Source: Clostridia bacterium (GTDB taxonomy: Bacteria; Bacillota; Clostridia; Christensenellales; Aristaeellaceae). Taken from it: DNA of 64,000 bases. Made by a program: the position numbers and the translations under genes. The stretch covers positions 7,067 to 71,066 of the forward strand of contig JAZUFB010000054.1 of assembly GCA_045640475.1 (NCBI GenBank), given 5' to 3'. This document shows, in pieces, positions 8,808 through 20,067 of this stretch. Numbering within the stretch: the first letter of the stretch is position 1; the number at the start of each line of letters is the position of its first letter. The notes beneath the pieces are model-generated. The model worked only from the letters and a program-made list of their open reading frames with translations. It had not been told where the DNA came from and made no database searches.

Positions 8808-10001
8808 GTGCGATCATTGTTAAGAAAAAAGACCTGCATTGCAATGCTACTGGCCGGTGGTCAGGGAAGCAGACTCGGCATTCTGACAAAGAATGTAGCT
8901 AAACCGGCCGTACCCTATGGCGGCAAGTACAGAATCATTGACTTTCCTTTGAGCAATTGTACCAATAGCGGAATTGATACTGTCGGTGTGCTTACACAAT
9001 ATCAGCCTTTGGAACTGAATGCATATATCGGCAGTGGCGCTCCTTGGGATCTGGACCTTTCCAATGGTGGCGTTTTCGTTCTTCCGCCCTATCAGAAGGG
9101 TAAAAGCGGTGAGTGGTACCGTGGAACGGCCAATGCAATTTATCAAAACCTTGCATTCATTGAACAGTATAATCCCGATTATGTTCTCATTTTGAGCGGT
9201 GACCACATCTACAAAATGGATTATAACGACATGCTTCGTTTCCATATCCGTAACGGAGCCGATGCCACGATTGCTGTACGCGAAGTTCCGTGGGAAGAAG
9301 CTCCTCGTTTCGGTATTATGAATACGGATGCTAACGATCGGATCATTGAGTTCGAAGAAAAGCCTAAGAATCCCAAATCCAACAAAGCATCCATGGGTGT
9401 CTATATCTTTACTTGGGAGAAACTGAAAAAGTACCTCATTGCGGATGAAGAAGACAAATCCAGTTCCAATGACTTCGGTAAAAACATTATCCCGACCATG
9501 TTGAATGACAAACAGGTCATGTGTGCCTATTCTTTTGCCGGTTATTGGAAAGATGTCGGAACGATTGAAAGCCTTTGGGAAGCCAATATGGATCTTCTCG
9601 AAAGTCCCATGCCGATCGATCTGCATGATAAGAAGTGGCGTATTTTTGCACGGAATCCCGGTATGGCTCCGCACTATATCGCCAAAGGTGCCACAGTGGC
9701 AGACAGTTTGATTACCGAAGGCTGTGAAGTTTACGGTAATGTTGAGCATTCCATTCTTTTCGCCGGTGTTGTGATTGAAGAGGGTGCGAAGGTTACTGAC
9801 AGCGTAATTATGCCAGGCAGTGTAATCAAGAGAGGCGCTGTTGTCAGACGTGCAATCGTTGCTGAAAACGCTGTTGTTGGAGCCGGTGCCTTTGTGGGAG
9901 AAGAAAAGGGCAATATTGCTGTTGTTGGACAGAATATTACCCTGCCTGCCGGTGTTACTGTAACCGCAGGACAGCAAGTTGACGAAACAGTGACTTTCTG
10001 A
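8808..10001 (+). CDS. glgC: Glucose-1-phosphate adenylyltransferase (start may be TTG 8817)
   Basis: [47 protein letters not shown], hexapeptide C-terminus. Confidence 0.97.
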   Translation: MRSLLRKKTCIAMLLAGGQGSRLGILTKNVAKPAVPYGGKYRIIDFPLSNCTNSGIDTVGVLTQYQPLELNAYIGSGAPWDLDLSNGGVFVLPPYQKGKSGEWYRGTANAIYQNLAFIEQYNPDYVLILSGDHIYKMDYNDMLRFHIRNGADATIAVREVPWEEAPRFGIMNTDANDRIIEFEEKPKNPKSNKASMGVYIFTWEKLKKYLIADEEDKSSSNDFGKNIIPTMLNDKQVMCAYSFAGYWKDVGTIESLWEANMDLLESPMPIDLHDKKWRIFARNPGMAPHYIAKGATVADSLITEGCEVYGNVEHSILFAGVVIEEGAKVTDSVIMPGSVIKRGAVVRRAIVAENAVVGAGAFVGEEKGNIAVVGQNITLPAGVTVTAGQQVDETVTF

Positions 10002-10038
10002 CCTCTCCGGAATCAATTCGAAAGGATGAAGCAACAAT

Positions 10039-11160
10039 ATGAAGGACGTAATGGGACTGATTTATACCGGTGAAAACGATGCCCGGTTGCGTGAACTGAC
10101 CACCACCCGCGCTGTAGCTGCCCTTCCTGTAGCAGGAAGATACAGAGTAATCGACTTTTTGGTATCCAGCATGGTCAATGGCGGCGTTCGAAATGTGGGC
10201 GTCATCATGCAGAAGAATTATCATAGTCTGATGGACCATCTTGGAAGCGGCAAAGAATGGGACCTTCATGGCAAGAACAATGGATTGCATATTCTTCCGC
10301 CTTTCCTTACGCGTGAAAATGTTGGCGTATACAGTGGTCTTCTGGACGCACTGCGCAGCAACAACACTTTTCTGCAGAGAAGCAAGCAGGAAACGCTGGT
10401 CTTGAGCGGAAGCAACATTATCTACAACGCAAAGATCGATGAGGTTGTCAGATATCATCAGGACAGCGGTGCTGACATTACAATGCTTTACACCAAAGAC
10501 CAAAGCATCAAGCGCGATGAATATGGCAGCTATATCACCGTAGCTCCCGACGGTACGGTAACCGATATGGAAGTGGAACCGACGCATCCCAGTCTGGAAG
10601 GTTGTTTCATGGATGTCATTGTCATGAAACGTGAATTCCTCCTGAGCCTGGTTGACAGAGCCGTTGCACACGGTCTCCACGAAATGAGCAGAGATATTCT
10701 GATGCGCATGGTCACCGAAGGGCAAGCACGGATCAACGCATATGAATATAAAGGACTTTGCTGGAGAATCGACAGCATTCAGAGTTATTTCCGGTTCAAC
10801 ATGGATGTGCTTGACAAAGAAAAGAGAATCAACATTTTCCGTCAAGATCTGCCTGTATATACAAAGGTGCGGGATGAGATGCCTGCCTATTATGCGGAAG
10901 GCAGTTCTGTCACCAACAGCCTGGTAGCTGACGGTTGTATTGTTGAAGGAACCGTAGAAAACAGTATTCTGTTCCGCGGGGTCAAGATCGCACCGGATGC
11001 CCATGTCAAAAACTGCATCATCATGCAGGATGGCCAGGTGCATTCGGGAGCCAATATCGAGAATTGTATTCTCGATAAACAGGCAGTCATCAAGCGTAAT
11101 GCTAAATTGATAGGACCTGAAGCCTATCCGATCGTTATTGCCAAGAACGTAGTCATCTGA
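10039..11160 (+). CDS. glgD: Glucose-1-phosphate adenylyltransferase subunit GlgD
   Basis: LRELT..RAVAALPVAGRYRVIDF, SLMDHLGSGKEWDL; follows glgC. Confidence 0.94.
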   Translation: MKDVMGLIYTGENDARLRELTTTRAVAALPVAGRYRVIDFLVSSMVNGGVRNVGVIMQKNYHSLMDHLGSGKEWDLHGKNNGLHILPPFLTRENVGVYSGLLDALRSNNTFLQRSKQETLVLSGSNIIYNAKIDEVVRYHQDSGADITMLYTKDQSIKRDEYGSYITVAPDGTVTDMEVEPTHPSLEGCFMDVIVMKREFLLSLVDRAVAHGLHEMSRDILMRMVTEGQARINAYEYKGLCWRIDSIQSYFRFNMDVLDKEKRINIFRQDLPVYTKVRDEMPAYYAEGSSVTNSLVADGCIVEGTVENSILFRGVKIAPDAHVKNCIIMQDGQVHSGANIENCILDKQAVIKRNAKLIGPEAYPIVIAKNVVI

Positions 11161-11176
11161 CAAATCAGTCATTTTC

Positions 11177-11222
11177 CCGTTCGCAGCGGAATCAACATAA
11201 ATCATGTTTCCGCCGCGAACGG
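11177..11222 (+). other. Intercistronic stem-loop glgD/glgA
   Basis: CCGTTCGCAGCGGAA...TTCCGCCGCGAACGG. Confidence 0.6.
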
Positions 11223-11273
11223 ATATTTTGAAATTAAGCCAAATGCTATATTCTATCGGAGGAGGTTTTTGTT

Positions 11274-12770
11274 TTGAAGATCCTTTTTACCGCAAGTGAA
11301 TGTGTACCGTTTGTCAAAACGGGAGGTCTCGCCGATGTGGTTGGTGCTCTTGCACCGGTTCTCGCCGCACAGGGACACGATGTACGAGTGATCATACCGC
11401 AATATAGTTCTATTCCGCAACAATGGACCTCCGCAACAAAGCATGTCTGTGATTTTGAAGTACAACTTGGCTGGAGAAAACAGTATTGCGGGATCGAGAT
11501 GCTCGAAAAGGACGGCGTTACCTGGTATTTCATGGATAACAAGTTCTACTTTGGACGTCCTTATATCTATGGCCTTGGTGGGGATGAATACGAACGCTTT
11601 GGTTTTTTCTGCCGCGGTGTGTTGAATGCTTTGCCGCTGATTGATTTCCAGCCTGATGTTATTCATGCCCATGACTGGCAAAGCGGTATGATACCCGCTC
11701 TTTTAAAGATCCAATATGCGCATTTACCTTTCTATACAGGTATCAAAACAGTCTTTACGATCCATAATCTTCAGTATCAAGGCATTTTCGGAATTCGTGA
11801 GATCCAGGATATTTTAGGGCTTGGTGACAGCTTGTGGACTGAAGATAAACTGGAATGCTTTGGCTGCGCTAACTTTATGAAAGCAGCTCTTGTTTATGCA
11901 GACAAGATCACAACAGTCAGCCCAAGCTATTCTGAAGAGATTCAGACTGCATATTATGGCGAAAGAATGGACGGCCTTCTCAGAGCCCGAAAGAACGATC
12001 TTTCCGGTGTGCTGAATGGAATCGATATGGTTGACTATGATCCTTCTACTGACAAGCGTATCGCAAAGACTTATTCCGGCAAGGAACTTTCCGGCAAAGC
12101 AGAATGTAAAAAGGCTCTGCAGGAGATGCTGGGACTTGAAGTCAATCCGGACATCCCGATCATCGGAATGGTTGGGCGCCTCAGTAATCAAAAAGGCTTG
12201 GATCTGGTCGATTATGTGATTGCTGACATTATGCGTCAGAATGTTCAGCTGGTTGTGCTTGGAATGGGTGAAGCCCGTTATTTCAATCTCTTCAGTTGGG
12301 CTGAAAGTGAATACCGTGGTAAGGTTGCTGCGAGATTTACGATGGATCACAACCTGGCGCATCAAATCTATGCAGGTGCTGATATGTTCCTGATGCCCAG
12401 TCAGTTCGAACCTTGTGGCCTCAGTCAGATGATTGCACTGCGTTATGGCACCATCCCGATTGTACGTGAAACTGGCGGTTTGAGGGATACGGTACTCAGC
12501 TACAACGAATATACTGGAGAAGGAAATGGGTTTACCTTCTTCAACTATAATGCTCATGACATGCTGCATGTGATTGAAAGAGCAGTTGATTTCTATCACA
12601 ATCGCAAGGATGTATGGAATCTGCTGATCAAACGCGGTATGGAAGGTGACTACAGTTGGAAGCACAGTGCCGGTGATTATCTGAAACTGTATGAAAAATT
12701 GTTTGCGCCCGAAGATATATCTGTTCAGGATGAGTGCATAGATAATCCGGTCGTTGTGGACATCCAATAA
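11274..12770 (+). CDS. glgA: Glycogen synthase
   Basis: KTGGLADV, HAHDWQ, FEPCGLSQM; TTG start with GGAGGAGG RBS. Confidence 0.97.
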   Translation: MKILFTASECVPFVKTGGLADVVGALAPVLAAQGHDVRVIIPQYSSIPQQWTSATKHVCDFEVQLGWRKQYCGIEMLEKDGVTWYFMDNKFYFGRPYIYGLGGDEYERFGFFCRGVLNALPLIDFQPDVIHAHDWQSGMIPALLKIQYAHLPFYTGIKTVFTIHNLQYQGIFGIREIQDILGLGDSLWTEDKLECFGCANFMKAALVYADKITTVSPSYSEEIQTAYYGERMDGLLRARKNDLSGVLNGIDMVDYDPSTDKRIAKTYSGKELSGKAECKKALQEMLGLEVNPDIPIIGMVGRLSNQKGLDLVDYVIADIMRQNVQLVVLGMGEARYFNLFSWAESEYRGKVAARFTMDHNLAHQIYAGADMFLMPSQFEPCGLSQMIALRYGTIPIVRETGGLRDTVLSYNEYTGEGNGFTFFNYNAHDMLHVIERAVDFYHNRKDVWNLLIKRGMEGDYSWKHSAGDYLKLYEKLFAPEDISVQDECIDNPVVVDIQ

Positions 12771-12818
12771 GGCAGATCGTACACGTGAAAACGACAATGC
12801 AGAATAACAATTCTGCCG

Positions 12819-12855
12819 GGATGCCTGAAGAGAACTACTTCAGGCATCCTTTTTT
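12819..12855 (+). terminator. Intrinsic terminator after glgA
   Basis: GGATGCCTGAAG-loop-CTTCAGGCATCC-TTTTTT. Confidence 0.85.
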
Positions 12856-12903
12856 ATGATAACAGTGTATATCAGAAAATGTTCTTGAAAGGATATTGAA
12901 AGC

Positions 12904-13668
12904 ATGGGTCCCTTATTCAAACCGTCACTATTGGAGGATGAAAGTCTGCACGACCTTCAGTTGAAGGGTATGTGGCTGATTCAGAAAGAACATGGATTTC
13001 GATTTGGAATGGATGCGGTCCTGCTCAGTGATTTTTGCTCTACAAGCGATAAAGATGAAGTTGCCGACTTTGGAACCGGAACCGGTATCATTTCAATCCT
13101 TCTCTCGGCTAAGAATAAAGCAAGACATATTGAAGCTTTCGAAATCCAGACTGAAATGTCCGATATGGCATCAAGATCTGTATCCATGAACGGCCTCGAT
13201 GAATATATCCGCGTTTGGAATCACGATTGTTGTGAAGCACCTGAATGTATTGGTCGTAACTCTATGGATGCCATCGTTATGAATCCGCCTTATTATGAAA
13301 CCGGCAAGACACTTTTGAATCCGGACCCGGCACGAGCGATTGCACGACATCAGCAGCAGGGAACATTAGACAGTTTCCTTTTGTCTTCATACCTTTGTCT
13401 GAAAGGGAAAGCGAAACTCTTTCTGATCTATCCGACATCAGAAATGATCAATCTTTTCATTGCTCTTCGGAATAGACATTTAGAACCCAAACGTCTGAGG
13501 ATGATCCATCCTTCTTTCCATAAGCCATCAAACCTATTTATGGTTGAGGCAATGAAAGACGCAAAACCGGGACTGAAAACAGATCCTCCACTGTTGATCT
13601 ATAAAGAACAAGGTATCTTTTCGGATGAGATCGATCGTATCTACGGTCAGAACAGCCAAAACAATTGA
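12904..13668 (+). CDS. tRNA1(Val) (adenine37-N6)-methyltransferase family (YabB-like)
   Basis: FRFGMDAVLL, DFGTGTG SAM motif, NPPY, LEPKRLR. Confidence 0.85.
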   Translation: MGPLFKPSLLEDESLHDLQLKGMWLIQKEHGFRFGMDAVLLSDFCSTSDKDEVADFGTGTGIISILLSAKNKARHIEAFEIQTEMSDMASRSVSMNGLDEYIRVWNHDCCEAPECIGRNSMDAIVMNPPYYETGKTLLNPDPARAIARHQQQGTLDSFLLSSYLCLKGKAKLFLIYPTSEMINLFIALRNRHLEPKRLRMIHPSFHKPSNLFMVEAMKDAKPGLKTDPPLLIYKEQGIFSDEIDRIYGQNSQNN

Positions 13669-13716
13669 TGAACATTCGAAAAGTGATTATAATCTCCTTT
13701 GTGGGAGGCTGATGTT

Positions 13717-14931
13717 TTGACTTACGATCTTGTAATATGCGGTGGCGGTGCATCCGGTTTGGCAGCAGCTATTACTGCTTCTGAAAAAGGGGACAGTGTT
13801 CTTCTGCTTGAAGCGTCTGATCGAATCGGGAGAAAAGTGGCCGCATCCGGCAATGGAAGATGCAACCTGATGAATACGAACATGCCGGTCTACTATGGTG
13901 ACAGCGATTTTGCAGCCACTGTTCTGTCGGAATTCAACATTGACAGGCTTGCAGAATTCTGGAGAGAGCACGGATTAGCCGTCACCGAAGATGGAAGCGG
14001 GAGAGTATATCCTTCATCAGATCTTTCGTCAAGCGTGTTGGATGTCATTCGTATGCATCTGAAATTGAATCATGTCGAAATCTGTTACCACGAAAGAGTC
14101 TCTTCTATATCAGGCAGTCTCGACCATGGATTTGATATCCTATGCAACAACGGACACCATTGGAATGCCAAGAGAGTCATTGTATCGTGTGGCGGCAAGG
14201 CACAACCCAAACTAGGCGGATCAGATGATGGTTATTTATTGATGACCGGATTGGGACATCGTTTGCTCAAATGTAAACCGTCATTGACGCAGATCATTAC
14301 AGATCGCAGAAGTATATCCGGTTTGAAAGGAATACGACAGAATCGCGTCATCGTTGCATTAATGCATCATGGAGTCCTTCTGCATCAGGAAAAAGGTGAG
14401 ATTCTGTTCACCGAATATGGTCTGAGTGGGATCTGTATTATGCAATGTGCCCGTTTTGCCCAAATGGGTGATCAAATAACCGTCAACTTTTTGTCCAGTC
14501 TTGGCTTTGAAAATACAGTTACTTGCTTTGACTCTTTGAAAAAGAGACGTCTTCTGTTTGCAAAAGGTCAACCAACAGAATTGCTGAACGGTTGGTTGAG
14601 TCCAAAGCTTGGATATGCAGTTTGTAAAAAGGCCGGTATTGATGTAACAAGGGAATCCATTTCGATGATGACCGACAAGGAATTACTTGATATCGCCAAT
14701 GTATTACAGGAATATACATTGTCTGTTGAAGGAACACAGGGGTTTGAAAATGCGCAGGTAACAGCAGGTGGACTGGATTGTTCGGAATTTGATCCTCGTA
14801 CAATGGAGTCCAAATTGATTCCCGGTGTACATTGTACAGGTGAAACACTGAATGTAGACGGTGATTGCGGCGGATTTAACCTGATGTTTGCTTTTGCTAC
14901 AGGAATACTTGCAGGAAGAAACGGGAGATAA
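13717..14931 (+). CDS. HI0933/BaiN-family FAD-dependent flavoprotein
   Basis: GGGASG, GRKVAASGNGRCN, AQVTAGG, DGDCGGFNL; TTG 13717 after GGGAGG. Confidence 0.9.
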   Translation: MTYDLVICGGGASGLAAAITASEKGDSVLLLEASDRIGRKVAASGNGRCNLMNTNMPVYYGDSDFAATVLSEFNIDRLAEFWREHGLAVTEDGSGRVYPSSDLSSSVLDVIRMHLKLNHVEICYHERVSSISGSLDHGFDILCNNGHHWNAKRVIVSCGGKAQPKLGGSDDGYLLMTGLGHRLLKCKPSLTQIITDRRSISGLKGIRQNRVIVALMHHGVLLHQEKGEILFTEYGLSGICIMQCARFAQMGDQITVNFLSSLGFENTVTCFDSLKKRRLLFAKGQPTELLNGWLSPKLGYAVCKKAGIDVTRESISMMTDKELLDIANVLQEYTLSVEGTQGFENAQVTAGGLDCSEFDPRTMESKLIPGVHCTGETLNVDGDCGGFNLMFAFATGILAGRNGR

Positions 14932-14935
14932 GCTT

Positions 14936-17122
14936 ATGAATATCATTGATCAACTGAGCACGGAATACCATGTTAAGAACTGGCAAGCTGAAGCGGTTGT
15001 CAAGCTTCTTGACGACGGTAACACTGTCCCTTTTATTGCGCGCTACCGCAAGGAAGCACACGGCGAACTGGACGATCAGATTTTAAGAGAAATGTCTGAA
15101 AGACTTGTTTCTCTGCGAAGCCTTGAAAAAAGACGGGATGAGATCCTTGGGAGCATGGAAACACTTGGTGTCCTGACGGACGAGATCCGTAAGGATATCG
15201 CAGAAGCTTCCACGATGAGTCGTCTGGAAGACCTTTACAGGCCCTACAGACCTAAGCGCAGGACCAGAGCGATGATTGCGCGTGAAAAGGGATTGGAACC
15301 CCTGGCTGATATTATTTTCCTTCAACTGACCAAAGAAAAAGATTTTCCGGCTTTAGTCGACACTTATCTGGATACGGAAAAAGAAGTCAATTCCCGTGAA
15401 GATGCCATTCAGGGAGCCATGGATATTATTGCTGAACGCATCAGTGATGATCCCGCTGTACGTCAGAAATTAAAAGAGCTCTATCATAAGGAATGTCAGA
15501 TACGGACTAAAGCAGCAGTTGAAGAAGATTCGGTATATCGTATGTATTACGATTACAGCGAACCGATCAGAACGATTCCAAGTCATCGTATTCTAGCCAT
15601 CAACAGAGGAGAAAAAGAAGACAAACTGAAAGTAAGTCTTGAAATTGACACGGGAAGAACACTGAAAGCGATTTATGAAGAGTATGTTGTTCAAACGGGA
15701 AGTATCACAACACAGTATGTGGAAACTGCCTGTACAGATGCTTACAGCAGACTGATAGCCCCCTCACTTGACACTGAGATTCGTAATGAACTGACAGAAC
15801 GCGCGCAAAAAGAAGCGATTCGTGTCTTTGGTCTAAATTTAAAGCCTTTATTGATGCAGCCACCTGTCAAAGGGAAAGTAGCTCTTGGATTGGATCCCGG
15901 TATCCGTATGGGTTGTAAATGCGCCGTAGTTGATGAAACCGGAAAAGTGCTTGATACAGCCGTGATCTTTCCGTTGCCTTCACATGGAAGGGTACGGGAA
16001 GCAAAAGAGACTTTAAAGAAGTTGATTCTCAAGCATAAAGTCAGTATCGTTGCAATTGGAAACGGGACTGCCGGTCGCGAAACAGAAGCGTTTTTTGTGG
16101 AACTGATGCATGAAATGGATCTCGGAAAAGACTTAAGTTATATGATTGTCAGCGAAGCAGGCGCTTCTGTATACTCTGCTTCGAAACTGGCCGCGGAAGA
16201 ATTCCCACAGTTTGACGTCAATTTGCGCAGTGCGGTCTCGATTGCAAGAAGACTGCAGGATCCTCTTGCTGAACTTGTTAAAATCGATCCAAAAGCAATC
16301 GGAGTAGGGCAGTATCAGCACGACTTAAAAGAAAGCGAATTGGACGAAACGTTGGACGGTGTCGTGGAAGATTGCGTCAATGCTGTTGGTGTTGACCTAA
16401 ATACTGCCAGCCCCTCGTTGTTGAGTCATGTGGCCGGCATCAATAGCACGGTGGCCAAAAATATAGTTGCCTACAGAGAGGAAAACGGTGCTTTTGCTAC
16501 AAGGACCGCCTTAAAAAAAGTTCCCAAGCTTGGACCGAAAGCTTTTGAACAGTGCGCAGGATTTCTTCGAATCCCTGGAGGGAAAAATCCAATGGAGAAT
16601 ACTGGTGTCCATCCAGAGAGTTATGTTGCGGCAGAAGCTGTTCTAAAAAAGTTTGCTATGCAGCCGTCTGACGCGATCGGCGGTAAACTGGAAGAGTTAG
16701 CTGAACAGTATGGTATTGAACGTTTAGCCGATGAAGTAGGCACCGGTGTTCCTACTGTACGCGACATAATCAAAGAACTCAGCAAGCCCGGACGTGACCC
16801 TCGTGACGAGCTCCCGCCGCCTCTTTTGAGGAGTGATGTGTTGGATATAAACGATTTGGAAATCGGTATGGAATTGAAGGGAACCGTCCGCAACGTCACA
16901 GACTTTGGTGCATTTGTTGATATTGGTGTTCATCGTGACGGACTCGTTCATATTTCTCAAATGGCAACCCGCAGGATCCGTCATCCTTCAGAAGTTGTCC
17001 GCGTTGGAGACGTGGTTACAGTGTGGATTCTTGATTTTCAAAAGGAAACCAATCGTATCAGCCTGACCATGAGAAAGCCTGTTACTAAAGCGGAATCAGA
17101 AAAATCTTCCTCCAACAAATAA
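14936..17122 (+). CDS. tex: Tex-family transcription accessory protein (S1 domain)
   Basis: GNTVPFIARYRKE, GLDPG, SEAGASVYSAS, IGVGQYQHD, C-terminal S1 FGAFVDIG. Confidence 0.95.
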   Translation: MNIIDQLSTEYHVKNWQAEAVVKLLDDGNTVPFIARYRKEAHGELDDQILREMSERLVSLRSLEKRRDEILGSMETLGVLTDEIRKDIAEASTMSRLEDLYRPYRPKRRTRAMIAREKGLEPLADIIFLQLTKEKDFPALVDTYLDTEKEVNSREDAIQGAMDIIAERISDDPAVRQKLKELYHKECQIRTKAAVEEDSVYRMYYDYSEPIRTIPSHRILAINRGEKEDKLKVSLEIDTGRTLKAIYEEYVVQTGSITTQYVETACTDAYSRLIAPSLDTEIRNELTERAQKEAIRVFGLNLKPLLMQPPVKGKVALGLDPGIRMGCKCAVVDETGKVLDTAVIFPLPSHGRVREAKETLKKLILKHKVSIVAIGNGTAGRETEAFFVELMHEMDLGKDLSYMIVSEAGASVYSASKLAAEEFPQFDVNLRSAVSIARRLQDPLAELVKIDPKAIGVGQYQHDLKESELDETLDGVVEDCVNAVGVDLNTASPSLLSHVAGINSTVAKNIVAYREENGAFATRTALKKVPKLGPKAFEQCAGFLRIPGGKNPMENTGVHPESYVAAEAVLKKFAMQPSDAIGGKLEELAEQYGIERLADEVGTGVPTVRDIIKELSKPGRDPRDELPPPLLRSDVLDINDLEIGMELKGTVRNVTDFGAFVDIGVHRDGLVHISQMATRRIRHPSEVVRVGDVVTVWILDFQKETNRISLTMRKPVTKAESEKSSSNK

Positions 17123-17150
17123 TGAGCTTTGTTCCTGTAATCTCAATACA

Positions 17151-17199
17151 AAGAAAGCGGAAAGTCAACGGATAAACATCCATGACTTTCCGTTTTCTT
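17151..17199. terminator. Bidirectional terminator
   Basis: AAGAAAGCGGAAAGTCA...TGACTTTCCGTTTTCTT. Confidence 0.7.
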
Positions 17200-19132
17200 A
17201 ACCGTGATGCTTCCCTGGAGAAATCTGTTTTTTGCTTTCACGTCTACGTTTATTTTCTGGCTTATTCTTTCGATGGTTGTCTGTCGGTATCCGATCCTGT
17301 CTGTGGTTTCCGTTTCTGTCATTGGCATTAAAACGCTTTTCCATAGCAGGCCTGACCAAGAATTCGCGTCCGTTACCGATCAGATCATCACGACCCGCAA
17401 GGACCAGCGCTTTTCTTACATCAGAAGCATTTCGTGGATCCATATATTGCATTAATGCCCTTTGCATTCTTTTTTCTTCCGGTGAACGGGCAACATATAC
17501 TTCTTTCATAGTACGGGGATCAAGTCCTGTATAAAACATACATGTAGATAATGTGCCGGGTGTTGGATAGAAATCTTGGACCTGTTCCGGATAAAAACCG
17601 GTCCGGTTAAGATAACACGCCAATTCGATAGCAGCGTTCAAATCACTTCCCGGATGGCTTGACATCAGATAAGGAATCAAATATTGCCGTGCACCGATCT
17701 TTTCATTGGTAGCATTATAGCTTTTGACAAAGGATTCAAACACTTCGTGACGGGGTTTACCCATCAGATCAAGCACATAAGGGCATACGTGCTCAGGGGC
17801 TACTTTCAATTGCCCGGACACATGATACTTGCACAGTTCATTGATAAAGGTGCGATCCTTGTCAGCCATCACATAATCAAAACGGATGCCTGACCGAATA
17901 AATACTTTTTTAACGTTAGGCAAAGTACGGATCTGTCTGAGTGTATCCACCAATTTTTGATGAGATACCTGCATGTTTTTACACGGCGTAGGGAAAAGAC
18001 ATTGACGGTTCTTACAGGTACCCGCCGCCAGTTGTTTTTGACATGCCGGCTGCAGGAAATTAGCCGTCGGTCCGCCGACATCGTGAATATATCCTTTAAA
18101 TCCAGGTTGTTTTGTAAGAAGTTCAGCTTCCTTTACCATTGAATTTGTACTTCTTGATTGAATGATCCTACCCTGATGGAATGTAATCGCACAAAAATTA
18201 CACGATCCAAAACATCCACGAGTAGCGGCAATTGAAAACTCAACTTCTTTCAATGCGGGCACGCCTCCAGCTGCATTGTAGGATGGATGCCAACGCCTTG
18301 TGAATGGAAGTTCGTACACTGCGTCCAATTCAGACTCAGTTAAAGGCAAGGAAGGTAAATTTTGGATCAGATATCTGTCTGTATCCTGTTGCTGGCAAAG
18401 TCTTTTTCCGCGAATCGGATCCTGTTCGGTATACTGAGTCATGAAAGCTTCGGCATATTTCTGTTTGCTTTCACATACTTCACGATGCGAAGGCAGCATG
18501 ACCGCATTTGTTTCCGGGGTCTTTGAAAGATAGCAAACGCCACGTAATTTTGAACGTTCTTCCAATTTCATACCGTTACAAACCCAAGCAGCACATTCGA
18601 GTATGCTTTTTTCGCCCATGCCATACATCAGCAAAGTTGCGGCACTGTCAACAAGAATCGAATGTCGTACCGAATCATCCCAATAGTCGTAATGCGAAAA
18701 ACGTCTCAGACTGGCTTCAACACCGCCGATCAAAATCGGAATGCCTGCATAGGCTTCATGAATACGGTTGCAATATACAACAACCGCTCTGTCAGGACGC
18801 ATGCCTGCTTTACCGCCAGGCGCATAAGCATCCTGTGATCTTCTCTTTTTTGCAACAGTGTAATGATTGACCATGCTGTCGATTACACCGGAAGATACCA
18901 GAAAGCCTAATTTAGGCTTCCCAAAGACTTTAAAGTTTTCAGCGGAATGCCAGTCCGGAAGAGAAAGAATGGCTACTTTATAGCCAGCTTTTTCTAGAAT
19001 TCTTGATATGATTGCGTGGCCAAAGGAAGGATGGTCAACATATGCGTCACCGCACACATAAATAAAATCCGGTTCTGTCCAACCACGTTTTTTTATATCT
19101 TCTGTGCATACCGGAAGAAACTGGTTATTCAA
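17198..19132 (-). CDS. YgiQ-family (UPF0313) radical SAM protein
   Basis: GDAYVDHPSFG, CFGSCNFC, DVGGPTAN, LKVAPEH, QVQDFYPTP. Confidence 0.93.
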   Translation of the reverse strand: MNNQFLPVCTEDIKKRGWTEPDFIYVCGDAYVDHPSFGHAIISRILEKAGYKVAILSLPDWHSAENFKVFGKPKLGFLVSSGVIDSMVNHYTVAKKRRSQDAYAPGGKAGMRPDRAVVVYCNRIHEAYAGIPILIGGVEASLRRFSHYDYWDDSVRHSILVDSAATLLMYGMGEKSILECAAWVCNGMKLEERSKLRGVCYLSKTPETNAVMLPSHREVCESKQKYAEAFMTQYTEQDPIRGKRLCQQQDTDRYLIQNLPSLPLTESELDAVYELPFTRRWHPSYNAAGGVPALKEVEFSIAATRGCFGSCNFCAITFHQGRIIQSRSTNSMVKEAELLTKQPGFKGYIHDVGGPTANFLQPACQKQLAAGTCKNRQCLFPTPCKNMQVSHQKLVDTLRQIRTLPNVKKVFIRSGIRFDYVMADKDRTFINELCKYHVSGQLKVAPEHVCPYVLDLMGKPRHEVFESFVKSYNATNEKIGARQYLIPYLMSSHPGSDLNAAIELACYLNRTGFYPEQVQDFYPTPGTLSTCMFYTGLDPRTMKEVYVARSPEEKRMQRALMQYMDPRNASDVRKALVLAGRDDLIGNGREFLVRPAMEKRFNANDRNGNHRQDRIPTDNHRKNKPENKRRRESKKQISPGKHHG

Positions 19133-19287
19133 TCTTCACACCTCGAAAGATCATTATTCATCCCATTCGGAAAGATCACTAAACCTATCTATATTATTCT
19201 AAAAACTGAACGTAAACATGTCAACAAGTTTGACTGTACATTCAACGCAAAATGGGTTAAACTGAAAGAAAAACGGAGGCGTCGAAA

Positions 19288-20007
19288 ATGAGTGCGAATG
19301 AAAAAATGATTCCTACTCCTCATATCAATGCAGGTAAAGATGATTTTGCGGAAACTGTGTTGATGCCCGGTGATCCGTTGCGTTCCAAATATATTGCAGA
19401 TAATTTTCTGACGGATGCCAAATTGGTCAATAATGTACGCGGTGTTCAAGGCTATACCGGATTCTACGAAGGAAAAAGAGTATCCGTCATGGCCAGCGGT
19501 ATGGGGATGCCTTCTATCGGCATCTATTCCTATGAGCTATTCAATTATTATGATGTCAAAAACATCATTCGGATCGGTAGTGCCGGTAGTATTCATCCTG
19601 ACCTGCAGCTGCGCGATATCGTGATCGGCATGAGTGCCTATACAGATTCATCCTTTGGCAGGCAGTTCGGCATTGACGCGCAGATGGCTCCCTGTTGTAG
19701 CTATGAGCTTCTTGAAAAAGCCATGTCAACTGCACGCAAGTTTGGTTTCCGCACCGTAGCCGGCCCGATCTATTCCTCTGATTGCTTCTATGATGAGCAG
19801 GGGAGAAGCAAAAAACTTGGTGCTCTTGGCGTACTGGCTGTTGAAATGGAATCTGCCGCGTTGTATTTGAATGCAGCACGGGCAGGTAAAAACGCTCTCT
19901 GTATCTGCACGATTTCAGACAGCGTTTTGACAGGTGAAGGATTGCCTGCAGAAGAAAGACAGCTTTCTTTCCGCGACATGATGAAACTTGCGCTTGAAAT
20001 TGCCTGA
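19288..20007 (+). CDS. deoD: Purine-nucleoside phosphorylase (hexameric)
   Basis: TPHI, MPGDPLR, GMGMPSIGIYSYEL, VEMES. Confidence 0.96.
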   Translation: MSANEKMIPTPHINAGKDDFAETVLMPGDPLRSKYIADNFLTDAKLVNNVRGVQGYTGFYEGKRVSVMASGMGMPSIGIYSYELFNYYDVKNIIRIGSAGSIHPDLQLRDIVIGMSAYTDSSFGRQFGIDAQMAPCCSYELLEKAMSTARKFGFRTVAGPIYSSDCFYDEQGRSKKLGALGVLAVEMESAALYLNAARAGKNALCICTISDSVLTGEGLPAEERQLSFRDMMKLALEIA

Positions 20008-20026
20008 TTATGAATCAATATACGTT

Positions 20027-20066
20027 AAAAAGAGACATTCGCCGAAAAACCGGCGAATGTCTCTTT
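20027..20066. terminator. Bidirectional terminator
   Basis: AAAGAGACATTCGCCG-loop-CGGCGAATGTCTCTTT. Confidence 0.88.
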
Positions 20067-20067
20067 A

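Noticed and set aside
8847-12797. Long antisense ORFs (396, 416, 327 aa) opposite glgC, glgD and glgA
   Set aside because: They mirror the sense genes in frame, have no recognisable motifs, and are explained by codon bias of well-expressed genes
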